Shown here: in pieces, positions 55,521 to 64,000 of the stretch | Numbering within the stretch: position 1 is the first letter of the stretch | Layout: the number at the start of each line of letters is the position of its first letter | NCBI GenBank assembly: GCA_963826115.1 | Contig: CAWGVS010000011.1 | Coordinates: 128,001 to 192,000 of the forward strand | DNA: 64,000 nucleotides | Direction: 5' to 3' | Source of the DNA: an uncultured Candidatus Rokubacteria bacterium | GTDB taxonomy: Bacteria; Methylomirabilota; Methylomirabilia; Rokubacteriales; DASRDR01 | Position numbers and translations under genes: made by a program | The notes under the pieces: generated by a model | Told to the model about the DNA's origin: nothing | Databases searched by the model: none | What the model saw: only the letters and a program-made list of their open reading frames with translations

Positions 55521-55609
55521 CGGGGTCAGGCCCTGACTTTGACTTCCGATACCATTCACCCGCGGGGTGGCCAGGACAGTGTGGAAGTCAAAGTCAGGGC
55601 CTGACCCCG
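55521..55609. repeat. inverted-repeat element copy C
   Basis: Perfect 27-bp IR (55521-55547 / 55583-55609). Confidence 0.9.
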
Positions 55610-55610
55610 C

Positions 55611-56405
55611 TCAGCGCGGGAAGCGGGGGGGCCGCTTCTCGGTGAAGGCGCGGTAGAACTCCCTGTGGTCGTCGGCCATGAGGAGGAGCGCCTGGGCCTG
55701 GGCTTCCGCCTCGATGGCCGAGGCGAGATCCATGCCCCACTCGTTGTTGAGCATCCGTTTCGTCATGCCGAGGGCCTGCGCCGGCCCGTCGGCGAGCCGC
55801 CGCGCGAGCACCCGGGTCTCGTCGGCGAGGCGGTCGGCGGGCACGACGCGGGTCGCGAGCCCGTAGCGCTCGGCGGTCGGGGCGTCGATCGTGTCCCCGA
55901 GCATGAGCAGCTCCGTCGCCCGCCCGAAGCCCACCACCTTCGGCAGGAGGAACGCGGCGCCCATGTCGGCGCCGGCGAGCCCGACCTTGGTGAACAGGAA
56001 GGCGAAGCGGGCCGTGTCGGCCAGGAGCCGGAAGTCCGACGCGAGCGCCAGCACCGCCCCGGCTCCGGCCGCGATCCCGTTGACCGCCGCCACGACCGGC
56101 TTCTCGAGGAGGCGCAGGTTGCGGACGACGGCGCCCGTCATGCGCGTGAACTGGAGCATGCCCTTGACGTCCCGCTTGAAGAGCTCGCCGATGATCTCGT
56201 GCACGTCGCCGCCCGAGCAGAAGCCCTTGCCGCTGCCGGTGAGGACGAGGACGCGGACGGCCTCGTCGGTCTGGCACTCGAGCGCCAGCCGCTCCAGCTC
56301 CGCGTAGACCTCGAAGGTGAGGGAGTTCAGCGTGTCGGGGCGGGCGAGGGTCACCGTCCCCACGCCGTCCTCGATCCGGTAGTCGAACCCGCGATACGGG
56401 CCCAT
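55611..56405 (-). CDS. enoyl-CoA hydratase family protein (abm-cluster type)
   Basis: FCSGGDV, AAGAGA, FLFTKVGL.GADMG, EAQAQA. Confidence 0.88.
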   Translation of the reverse strand: MGPYRGFDYRIEDGVGTVTLARPDTLNSLTFEVYAELERLALECQTDEAVRVLVLTGSGKGFCSGGDVHEIIGELFKRDVKGMLQFTRMTGAVVRNLRLLEKPVVAAVNGIAAGAGAVLALASDFRLLADTARFAFLFTKVGLAGADMGAAFLLPKVVGFGRATELLMLGDTIDAPTAERYGLATRVVPADRLADETRVLARRLADGPAQALGMTKRMLNNEWGMDLASAIEAEAQAQALLLMADDHREFYRAFTEKRPPRFPR

Positions 56406-56413
56406 CGGGGTCC

Positions 56414-57190
56414 TCAGGCCTGGACGGCGCCGCCGTCGACGTTCCAGGCCTGGGCGGTCACGCCGCGCGCCTCGTCGCTCGCGAGCAGGACGGCCAGCGC
56501 CGCCACCTCCTCGGGCTCGATCAGGCGCTTCTGCGGGGAGAAGGCCGCCAGCGCCTGAACCGCCTCCTCGTAGGCGCGCCCGGTTCGCTTCTGGATGTTC
56601 CGGGCGCCCGCCCACGTCAGCTCGGTGGCCACGTAGCCGGGGCAGATGGCATTGACGGTCACGCCGGCCGCCACGACCTCCTGGGCGAGGGCGCGCGTCA
56701 GCCCGAGGAGCCCGTGCTTCGAGGCCGCGTAGGCGCTGATGAGCGGGTATCCCTGTCGCCCCGCGATCGACGCGACGTTGATGATGCGGCCCCAGCGCGC
56801 CGCCAGCATCCCGGGGAGGACCGCGCGGGTCATCAGGAACGCGCCGGTCAGGTTCACGCGGAGGTGGCGCTCCCAGAGGGCGTCGTCGGTGTCGACGAGC
56901 TTCGCCGAGACGGCGATGCCCGCGTTGTTGACCAGGATCTGGACCGGGCCGAGGCCCTCCGCGACGCGCCGCGCGGCGTCGTCGACCTGGGCTCGCTCGC
57001 CGACGTCGCAGGGCACCGCGAGGGCCTTGCGGCCGAGCGCTCGGATCTCCGCCGCGACGGCATCGAGCTCCGAGCTCGTCCGCGCGGTGACGGCCACGTG
57101 GGCGCCTTCGCGGGCGAACGCGAGCGCGATCGCCCGCCCGATGCCCCGGCCGCCGCCGGTGACGAGGGCGACACGGTCCGGAAGCTTCAC
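56414..57190 (-). CDS. short-chain dehydrogenase (3-hydroxyacyl type)
   Basis: TGGGRGIG, NNAG, YAASKHG, NAICPG; TATACT 7 nt upstream of GTG. Confidence 0.9.
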   Translation of the reverse strand: MKLPDRVALVTGGGRGIGRAIALAFAREGAHVAVTARTSSELDAVAAEIRALGRKALAVPCDVGERAQVDDAARRVAEGLGPVQILVNNAGIAVSAKLVDTDDALWERHLRVNLTGAFLMTRAVLPGMLAARWGRIINVASIAGRQGYPLISAYAASKHGLLGLTRALAQEVVAAGVTVNAICPGYVATELTWAGARNIQKRTGRAYEEAVQALAAFSPQKRLIEPEEVAALAVLLASDEARGVTAQAWNVDGGAVQA

Positions 57191-57277
57191 GGCGCGCAGT
57201 ATAGACGCCGCTGCGAAGGCGGGTCAACGCGGGCGCGCACCCGCCCCGGCGCAAGCGCCGGCCGGGGCGACGCGCGG

Positions 57278-57286
57278 TGATACACT
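57278..57286 (+). promoter_or_regulatory. extended -10 TGaTACACT for the monooxygenase gene
   Basis: In divergent intergenic region after a GC hairpin (57242-57269). Confidence 0.45.
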
Positions 57287-57352
57287 ACCGCCGACGTCGT
57301 CGCCGGCTCGCGTCCACACCGGGTCTTCAGGGAAGTCGAAGGAGGCGCGCGG

Positions 57353-59611
57353 TTGAGGATCGTCTGCATCGGCGGGGGTCCGGCCGGGCTCTACTTCGCG
57401 GCCCTCATGAAGAAGGCCGACCCCGCGCACGACGTCACCGTCGTGGAGCGGAACCGCCCCGACGACACCTTCGGGTTCGGGGTCGTCTTCTCCGACGCGA
57501 CCCTCGAGCACTTCGCCCGGGCCGATCGCGAGACGCACGACGAGATCGTCCGCGCCTTCGCCCACTGGGACGACATCGACATCCACTACCGCGGCACCGT
57601 CGTGACCTCGACGGGCCACGGCTTCGCCGGCATGTCCCGGCAGCGGCTTCTCGACATCCTGCAGCGCCGGTGCCGGAGCCTCGACGTGACGCTCGAGTAC
57701 CTGACCGAGGTGCGGGACCTCGCCCCGTACCGGGATGCGGACCTGGTCCTCGCCGCCGACGGCGTCAACAGCGCGATCCGGGCCCGGCACGCCGAGCAGT
57801 TCGGCCGCCGGATCGAGTGGCGACCCAACCGGTTCGTCTGGCTGGGCACGACCTGTCCGTTCCCGGCCTTCACCTTCATCTTCAAGGAGGATGTGCACGG
57901 GCTCTGGCGGGTCCACGCCTACCGCTACGACGCGCAGCACGCCACCTTCATCCTGGAGACGACCGACGCCACCTGGCGCCGGGCGGGTCTCGACGAGGCG
58001 TCCGAGGACGACACGGCGGCGTTCACGGAGGAGCTGTTCTCCGACGAGCTCAAGGGCCACCCCATCCTCAAGAACCGGTCGCTCTGGCGGAACTTCCCGG
58101 TGGTCCGGAACGAGCGCTGGGCGCACGGCAACGTCGTCCTGGTGGGGGACGCCGCCCACACCGCGCACTTCTCGGTCGGGTCCGGGACGAAGCTCGCCAT
58201 GGAGGACGCCATCGCGCTCAGCCGGGCGCTCCAGCGGCACGCGGAGGTCCCGGCCGCCCTCGCGGCCTACGAGGCCGAGCGGCGGCCCGAGGTCGAGAGC
58301 CTCCAGCGCGCGGCCCAGGTGAGCCTCGAATGGTTCGAGACGACCGAGCGGTACCAGCGCCTCGAGCCGATCCAGTTCGCGATGAGCCTCCTCACACGGA
58401 GCCTCCGCGTCACGCACGACAACCTCAAGGTCCGGGATCCGCGATTCGTCGCGACGGTGGACCGGTGGTTCGCGGAGGGTTCCGCTCAGCAGAGCGGCGT
58501 CCCGCTGTCGGCCTCCCCGGCGCGGTGTCCGCCGCCCATGTTCACGCCGTTCCGGCTCCGAGACCTGGTCCTCTCGAACCGCATCGTGGTGTCGCCCATG
58601 TGCCAGTACTCGGCCGAGGACGGGACGCCGAACGACTGGCACCTCGTCCATCTCGGAAGCCGCGCCGCCGGCGGGGCGGCCCTGGTCGTCGCCGAGATGA
58701 CCGACGTGAGCCGGGAGGGACGCATCAGCCCGGGATGCACCGGGATGTACAAGCCCGAGCACGTCGATGCCTGGCGGCGCATCGTCGAGTTCGTCCACCG
58801 CCACACCGGCGCGCGCATCGCGCTCCAGCTCGCCCACGCCGGACGCAAGGGGTCGACGCGGCGCATGTGGGACGGGATCGACGAGCCCTTGCCCGACGGG
58901 AACTGGCCGCTCGTGTCGGCCTCGCCGCTCCCGTACTTCCCGCACAGCCAGGTCCCGCGCGAGATGACCCGCGGTGACATGGACCTGGTCCGCGACCAGT
59001 TCGGCGAGGCGGCCCGGATGGCCGAGGGCGCCGGGTTCGACATGCTCGAGCTCCACATGGCGCACGGCTATCTCCTCGCGAGCTTCATCTCGCCCCTGAC
59101 CAACGTGCGCACGGACGCGTATGGGGGGCTGCTCGAGCGCCGGATGCGCTTCCCGCTCGAGGTCTTCGACGCGGTGCGGGCCGTCTGGCCGGCGGGCAAG
59201 CCGATCTCGGTCAAGATCTCGGCCGCGGACTGGGCGCCGGGCGGCACGACGGCCGAGGATGCCGTGCGGATCGCGACCAGACTGCGGGTCCACGGCTGCG
59301 ACGCCGTCACCGTCTCCACGGGCCAGACGGTGCCGCATCAGCGGCCGGTCTACGGGCGGCTCTACCAGACGCCGCTCAGCGACCGGATCCGCCACGAGGC
59401 GGGGATCCCGACGATGACCGTCGGAAACCTGTCCACGTACGCCGACGCGAACTCGATCCTGGCCGCCGGCCGGGCGGACCTGTGCGTCCTCGCCCGCGGC
59501 CATCTCTACGACCCCTACTGGACTCGCCACGCGGCCCGGGAGCAGGGCTACGACCTCCCGTGGCCCGAGCAGTACGAGTCCGTCAGGAGCTACACGACAC
59601 GAGCGCGCTAG
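57353..59611 (+). CDS. abmA: bifunctional anthraniloyl/salicylyl-CoA monooxygenase-reductase (AbmA-like)
   Basis: [38 protein letters not shown], then OYE domain [23 protein letters not shown]. Confidence 0.9.
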   Translation: MRIVCIGGGPAGLYFAALMKKADPAHDVTVVERNRPDDTFGFGVVFSDATLEHFARADRETHDEIVRAFAHWDDIDIHYRGTVVTSTGHGFAGMSRQRLLDILQRRCRSLDVTLEYLTEVRDLAPYRDADLVLAADGVNSAIRARHAEQFGRRIEWRPNRFVWLGTTCPFPAFTFIFKEDVHGLWRVHAYRYDAQHATFILETTDATWRRAGLDEASEDDTAAFTEELFSDELKGHPILKNRSLWRNFPVVRNERWAHGNVVLVGDAAHTAHFSVGSGTKLAMEDAIALSRALQRHAEVPAALAAYEAERRPEVESLQRAAQVSLEWFETTERYQRLEPIQFAMSLLTRSLRVTHDNLKVRDPRFVATVDRWFAEGSAQQSGVPLSASPARCPPPMFTPFRLRDLVLSNRIVVSPMCQYSAEDGTPNDWHLVHLGSRAAGGAALVVAEMTDVSREGRISPGCTGMYKPEHVDAWRRIVEFVHRHTGARIALQLAHAGRKGSTRRMWDGIDEPLPDGNWPLVSASPLPYFPHSQVPREMTRGDMDLVRDQFGEAARMAEGAGFDMLELHMAHGYLLASFISPLTNVRTDAYGGLLERRMRFPLEVFDAVRAVWPAGKPISVKISAADWAPGGTTAEDAVRIATRLRVHGCDAVTVSTGQTVPHQRPVYGRLYQTPLSDRIRHEAGIPTMTVGNLSTYADANSILAAGRADLCVLARGHLYDPYWTRHAAREQGYDLPWPEQYESVRSYTTRAR

Positions 59612-59743
59612 GATCCGGCTCACTTCCAGGCCGGCCTGCTTGAGATGGTCGCGCGCCCGCCACTGGCGAACTGGTCGTCACGTGCTCTATGCTGCCCGGG
59701 GGTCGAGCGCCCGGGGTTGCCTTCATCCACACGGAGGACACCG

Positions 59744-60919
59744 ATGCGAAGGATGGTGATCGGACTCGGAAGCCTGATCGTCCTGCTCGCCGCTGTCTCG
59801 GCGGGCGCCCAGCCGACCGTCAAGATCGGGCTGATCATGCCGTACTCCGGCCAGTTCGCCGACACGGCGACCCAGATGGACAACGCCATCAAGCTCTACG
59901 TGAAGCAGAAGGGCGACACCGTCGCGGGCCGAAAGCTCGAGTTCATCCGCCGGGACACCGGCGGTGTCGCGCCCGACGTCGCCAAGCGCCTGGCGCAGGA
60001 GCTGGTCGTGCGCGACCAGGTGGACATTCTCGCCGGCTTCGTCCTCACGCCCAACGCGCTCGCTGCTGCCGACGTGTCGGCGGAGGCGAAGAAGCTCATG
60101 GTGGTGATGAACGCCGCCACGTCGATCATCACCACCAAATCGCCGTACCTCGTGCGCACCTCGGTGACCACTCCGCAGGTGAACGAGCCGTTCGGCGCCT
60201 GGGCCTTCCGGAGCGGTATCCGCAAGGTCTACACGATGGTCTCCGACTTCGGGCCGGCCCACGACGCGGAGGGAGCCTTCCAGCGCGCGTTCAAGGAAGC
60301 CGGCGGCGAGATCGTCGGCTCGGTGCGGTTCCCGGTCGCGAATCCGGACTTCTCGGCTTTCGTCCAGCGTGCCAAAGACGTGAGCCCGGAGGCGATCTAT
60401 GTCTGGGTGCCGGGTGGCGTCCAGCCGGCCGCGATCGGCAAGGCGCTGGCGGAGCGGGGCATCGACCCGAAGAAGACGCGGATCCTGGGGCAAGGGGAGC
60501 TGACCGAGGAGGAGGCGCTCCGGAGCATGGGCGACGCCGGCCTCGGGATCATCACCGTCTACCACTACGACTACAACCACGATTCCGCGCTCAACCGGGA
60601 CTTCGTCAAGGCCTACCACGAAGCGGCTGGGCGGAACCCCAACATCTACAGCATCGGCGGCTACGACGGCATGCACCTCATCTACGAGGCGCTGAAGAAG
60701 ACCGGGGGCAAGACCGACGGGGACTCGCTCATCGCGGCGGCCAAGGGCCTGCAGTGGGAGAGCCCGCGGGGGCCCGTCGCCATCGACCCGGAGACCCGCG
60801 ACATCATCCAGACGGTCTACATCCGGCGGGTGGAGAAGGTCGGGGACCAGCTCAGGAACGTGGAGTTCGACAAGATCGAGAACGTCAAGGATCCGGTGAA
60901 GGCCCGCATGAAGCCATGA
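59744..60919 (+). CDS. LivK-like substrate-binding protein
   Basis: Signal peptide, KIGLIMPYSG, LTPNA, ESPRGP; SD GGAGG. Confidence 0.9.
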   Translation: MRRMVIGLGSLIVLLAAVSAGAQPTVKIGLIMPYSGQFADTATQMDNAIKLYVKQKGDTVAGRKLEFIRRDTGGVAPDVAKRLAQELVVRDQVDILAGFVLTPNALAAADVSAEAKKLMVVMNAATSIITTKSPYLVRTSVTTPQVNEPFGAWAFRSGIRKVYTMVSDFGPAHDAEGAFQRAFKEAGGEIVGSVRFPVANPDFSAFVQRAKDVSPEAIYVWVPGGVQPAAIGKALAERGIDPKKTRILGQGELTEEEALRSMGDAGLGIITVYHYDYNHDSALNRDFVKAYHEAAGRNPNIYSIGGYDGMHLIYEALKKTGGKTDGDSLIAAAKGLQWESPRGPVAIDPETRDIIQTVYIRRVEKVGDQLRNVEFDKIENVKDPVKARMKP

Positions 60920-60944
60920 CCGATCGCCCGTCCTGACCGTCGGC

Positions 60945-61820
60945 GTGCCGTCGGCCATGCTCGTGCCCGTGGTGGGCGTCCTGTTCGACGGCTTCGCCTA
61001 CGGCATGCTCCTGTTCCTCCTCTCGGTCGGCCTGTCCGTGACGCTGGGCATGATGAACTTCGTCAACCTGGCGCACTGCAGCTTCGCGATGCTCGGCGGG
61101 TACGTCACCATCACCCTCACGCAGAAGCTGGGATGGCCGTTTCTCGCCGCCTTGCCCGCGGCGTTCCTCGCCGCCGCCGCGGCGAGCATCATCCTGGAGC
61201 GCCTCCTCTATCGACGGCTGTACCGCGCGACCGATCTCGACCAGTGCCTTCTGACCATCGGCATCGTCTTCATGTCGGTGGCGGCGGCCGCCTACGTCTA
61301 CGGCACCACCCAGCAACCGCTGGAGACGCCCGCCTACCTGCGCGGGGCGGTCACCTGGCTCGGCCTCCGGCTCGGCGTGTACCGGCTGTTCCTGGTCGGC
61401 ACGGCGCTCGCGATCACGCTCGCCCTCGTCCTCGGCCTCGAGTACACGCGCTTCGGCGCGCAGGTCCGAGCCGCCGTCGACAACCCCCGCATGGCGCGCG
61501 GGCTCGGGATCGACGTCGACAGCCGGTTCGCGATCACCTTCGCGCTCGGTAGCGGGCTCGCCGGTCTCGGCGGAGCGCTCGCCATCGAGATCGTCGGCCT
61601 CGACCCGGCCTTTGCCCTGACCTATCTCGTGTACGTCCTCATCGTGGTGTCGGTGGGCGGACTCGGGTCCATCGGTGGATCGTTCGTCGCCGCCACGCTC
61701 CTGGGGCTGAGCGACGTTGCCGGCAAGTACTACGTCCCCGAGGTCGGCGCGTTTCTCATCTACCTCGTGATGGTCGGGCTCCTGATGTGGCGCCCCGCGG
61801 GCCTGTTCGGGAGACGCTAG
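60945..61820 (+). CDS. LivH-like permease
   Basis: GLSVTLG.MNFVNLAH, VGGLGS, RPAGLFG. Confidence 0.9.
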   Translation: MPSAMLVPVVGVLFDGFAYGMLLFLLSVGLSVTLGMMNFVNLAHCSFAMLGGYVTITLTQKLGWPFLAALPAAFLAAAAASIILERLLYRRLYRATDLDQCLLTIGIVFMSVAAAAYVYGTTQQPLETPAYLRGAVTWLGLRLGVYRLFLVGTALAITLALVLGLEYTRFGAQVRAAVDNPRMARGLGIDVDSRFAITFALGSGLAGLGGALAIEIVGLDPAFALTYLVYVLIVVSVGGLGSIGGSFVAATLLGLSDVAGKYYVPEVGAFLIYLVMVGLLMWRPAGLFGRR

Positions 61821-61821
61821 C

Positions 61822-62895
61822 GTGACGGCCCCGGGACCGGCCCTGGATCCCCGAAACGAGCTGGCGACTCGCGGCCGGTGGCGTGCCGTCGAGGTGGCCT
61901 TCTGGCTCGCGGCGCTCTCCCCGTTTCTCCTCTTCCCGTCGCATCTCCAGCTGGCGAGCCAGATTGCGATCACCGCGCTCTTCGCCTTGTCGCTCGACCT
62001 CCTGCTGGGCTACTCGGGGATGGTGTCGCTCGGTCATGCGGCCTTCTTCGGCCTCGGCGCCTACACGGCCGGGCTCCTGGCGAAGGGCGGCTGGGGGGAG
62101 CCGCTGTCGGGGCTCGCGGCCGCGGCGGCGGTGGCCGGCCTGGCGGGATACGCCGCGAGCTTCATCGTCTCCCGCGTCCGTCACCTGGCGCTCATCATGA
62201 TCACGCTTGGCCTGGGTCTCCTGGTCCACGAGGCCGCGAACAAGGCGCACTGGCTCACGGGCGGCGCCGACGGCCTCCAGGGCGTCCGGATGTGGCCGCT
62301 CCTCGGCCGTTTCCGATTCGATCTCTACGGCTACACGGCCTACGCGTACTCGCTGGCCGTCCTCGCCCTTGCCTTCCTCGTGGCACGCCGAGTCGTCAAC
62401 TCCCCGTTCGGCCTGTCGTTGCGGGGGATCCGCGAGAATCCTCTCCGGATGCCCGCCCTGGGCGCGCCGAGCGGCTCCCACATTCGCACGGTGTACGCCA
62501 TCGCCTCGGTCCTCGCGGGGATCGCCGGCGCCCTCCTCGCGCAGACGACCGAGACCGTGTCCCTCGCCACGCTGGAGTTCCAGCGCTCGGCGGAGGTCCT
62601 CGTGATCCTGATCCTTGGCGGCGCCGGCCGGCTCTACGGCGGCCTGGTCGGCGCCGTGATCTTCCTGGTGGCGCGAGACCGGTTCTCCGGCCTCAATCCC
62701 CAGTACTGGTACTTCTGGATGGGCGCGCTCCTGGTCCTGGTCGTGATGGCGCTGCCCAACGGCGTGCTCGGCGGGCTCGCGCGGCTCGCCGGACCCCTGC
62801 CGGGCTCCGGCGCGGGGCCGGCGCCGCCGCGAGGCGGCAGCCTCGTCAGGAGACTCGCGCGGCTCGCCCCGTCGCGGGGGGACGGGAGCCCGTGA
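61822..62895 (+). CDS. LivM-like permease
   Basis: SLGHAAFFG, GGADG, IREN, LGGAG. Confidence 0.9.
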   Translation: MTAPGPALDPRNELATRGRWRAVEVAFWLAALSPFLLFPSHLQLASQIAITALFALSLDLLLGYSGMVSLGHAAFFGLGAYTAGLLAKGGWGEPLSGLAAAAAVAGLAGYAASFIVSRVRHLALIMITLGLGLLVHEAANKAHWLTGGADGLQGVRMWPLLGRFRFDLYGYTAYAYSLAVLALAFLVARRVVNSPFGLSLRGIRENPLRMPALGAPSGSHIRTVYAIASVLAGIAGALLAQTTETVSLATLEFQRSAEVLVILILGGAGRLYGGLVGAVIFLVARDRFSGLNPQYWYFWMGALLVLVVMALPNGVLGGLARLAGPLPGSGAGPAPPRGGSLVRRLARLAPSRGDGSP

Positions 62896-63647
62896 ACGCG
62901 CCAGCGTTGACCACGCGCCGGCTCAGCAAGAGCTTCGGCTCGCTCGTGGTGGCGAAGGACGTCGAGCTATCCCTTCCCCCGGGGGCGCGCTACGCCCTGA
63001 TCGGTCCCAACGGCGCCGGGAAGACGACGCTCGTCAACCTGATCACGGGCATGCTCGAGCCCGACGACGGACACGTCCTTCTCGGCGACGAGGACGTGAC
63101 CCGCCTCGGACCGGACCAGCGCGTCAAGCGGGGCCTCGCGCGCACCTTCCAGATCAACACCCTGTTTCCCCGTCTGAGCCCGCTCGAGGCCGTGACCCTC
63201 GCAGTGTGCGAGCGGCGCGGGGTGGCCGGCACCTGGTGGCGAGGGCTTGGCGCCTACCGGACCGAGATGGACGAGGCGTACGGCACGCTCCGCTCCCTGG
63301 CGCTCGACGCCGTGTGCCATCGGCCGACCCGCGAGCTCTCCTACGGGCAACAGCGGCTCCTCGAGATCGCCCTCGCGCTCGCGACGCGCCCGCGCGTGCT
63401 CCTGCTGGACGAGCCGGCCGCCGGTGTGCCCCGGGACGAGAGCGCGGCGCTGTTCGCCGCGGTCGCCGGCCTCTCGCCGGACCTGACCGTGCTCTTCATC
63501 GAGCACGACATGAACGTGGTCTTCCGGTTCGCGAGCCGCGTCATCGTGATGGTCGGGGGCCAGATCCTCGTCGAGGGCACGCCGCCCGAGATCGCCGCCG
63601 ACCAGCGCGTGCAGGAGATCTATCTGGGCGGAGGGCGCCATGGCTGA
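62892..63647 (+). CDS. LivG-like ATPase
   Basis: GPNGAGKTT, LSYGQQR, DEPAAG, IEHDM. Confidence 0.9.
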   Translation: MNAPALTTRRLSKSFGSLVVAKDVELSLPPGARYALIGPNGAGKTTLVNLITGMLEPDDGHVLLGDEDVTRLGPDQRVKRGLARTFQINTLFPRLSPLEAVTLAVCERRGVAGTWWRGLGAYRTEMDEAYGTLRSLALDAVCHRPTRELSYGQQRLLEIALALATRPRVLLLDEPAAGVPRDESAALFAAVAGLSPDLTVLFIEHDMNVVFRFASRVIVMVGGQILVEGTPPEIAADQRVQEIYLGGGRHG

Positions 63648-64000
63648 GCCTCTGCTGGCGCTGCGGAACGTGCGGGCCGGTTACGGCGAGGCGGTCGTGC
63701 TCGACGACGTCTCGTTCGAGGTCCTCGAGCGGGGTCGTCTGGCCGTGCTCGGGCGAAACGGGGTCGGCAAGTCGACGCTTCTCCTCACGATCATGGGCCA
63801 CACGAACGTCAGCCACGGCTCGATCGCGTGGCGCGGCGCCGTGATCACCGCTGCGGCGCCGCACCACCGCGCGCGCGGTGGACTCGGGTGGGTGCCGCAG
63901 GAGCGCGAGATCTTCTCGTCCCTGACGGTCGAAGAGAACTTGACGGTCGCCGCGCGCCCGGGCCGGTGGGGCCTCGAGGCGGTCTACGGCCTCTTCCCCT
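63640..64000 (+). CDS. LivF-like ATPase (3' truncated)
   Basis: AGYG, GRNGVGKST, VPQEREIF. Confidence 0.85.
   Translation, partial: MAEPLLALRNVRAGYGEAVVLDDVSFEVLERGRLAVLGRNGVGKSTLLLTIMGHTNVSHGSIAWRGAVITAAAPHHRARGGLGWVPQEREIFSSLTVEENLTVAARPGRWGLEAVYGLFP

Noticed and set aside
20154-55609. GGGGTCAGG repeats as a CRISPR array
   Set aside because: Copies are inverted pairs dispersed over tens of kb rather than tandem direct repeats, and no cas genes are present.

Overview
Very GC-rich (~70%+) bacterial window. The gene style (many Liv-type ABC cassettes, an orphan ABC substrate-binding protein, apparently leaderless genes) suggests Candidatus Rokubacteria/Methylomirabilota, but this is inference only. 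Patchy single-base indels look like uncorrected long-read errors. Contents in order: SCO-like gene; flippase and a membrane-sensor/HAMP-fused trehalose-6-phosphate synthase; an SLC5-histidine kinase plus sigma54 response regulator next to an MFS / DUF4212 / ActP-like / DUF294 / exonuclease locus; housekeeping and catabolic enzymes; hydantoinase A/B with a Liv ABC system; a partial Dpp ABC system; a dispersed 2-aminobenzoyl/salicylyl-CoA monooxygenase (abm-like) pathway; two more Liv systems. Strongest unexplained signals: (1) three paralogous ~105-aa ORFs (hydrophobic N-terminus, D[FL]ANPxxPGA, Pro-rich S[ED]DH-stop). Their 3' ends are complementary to the downstream ribosome-binding region, which suggests a family of translational leader/arrest peptides. 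Two copies share a sigma54-like promoter and a CCATGG array. (2) A dispersed REPIN/MITE-like inverted-repeat element (25-27 bp arms, unrelated spacers) that overlaps and rewrites gene termini. No rRNA, tRNA, CRISPR array or transposase was recognised.
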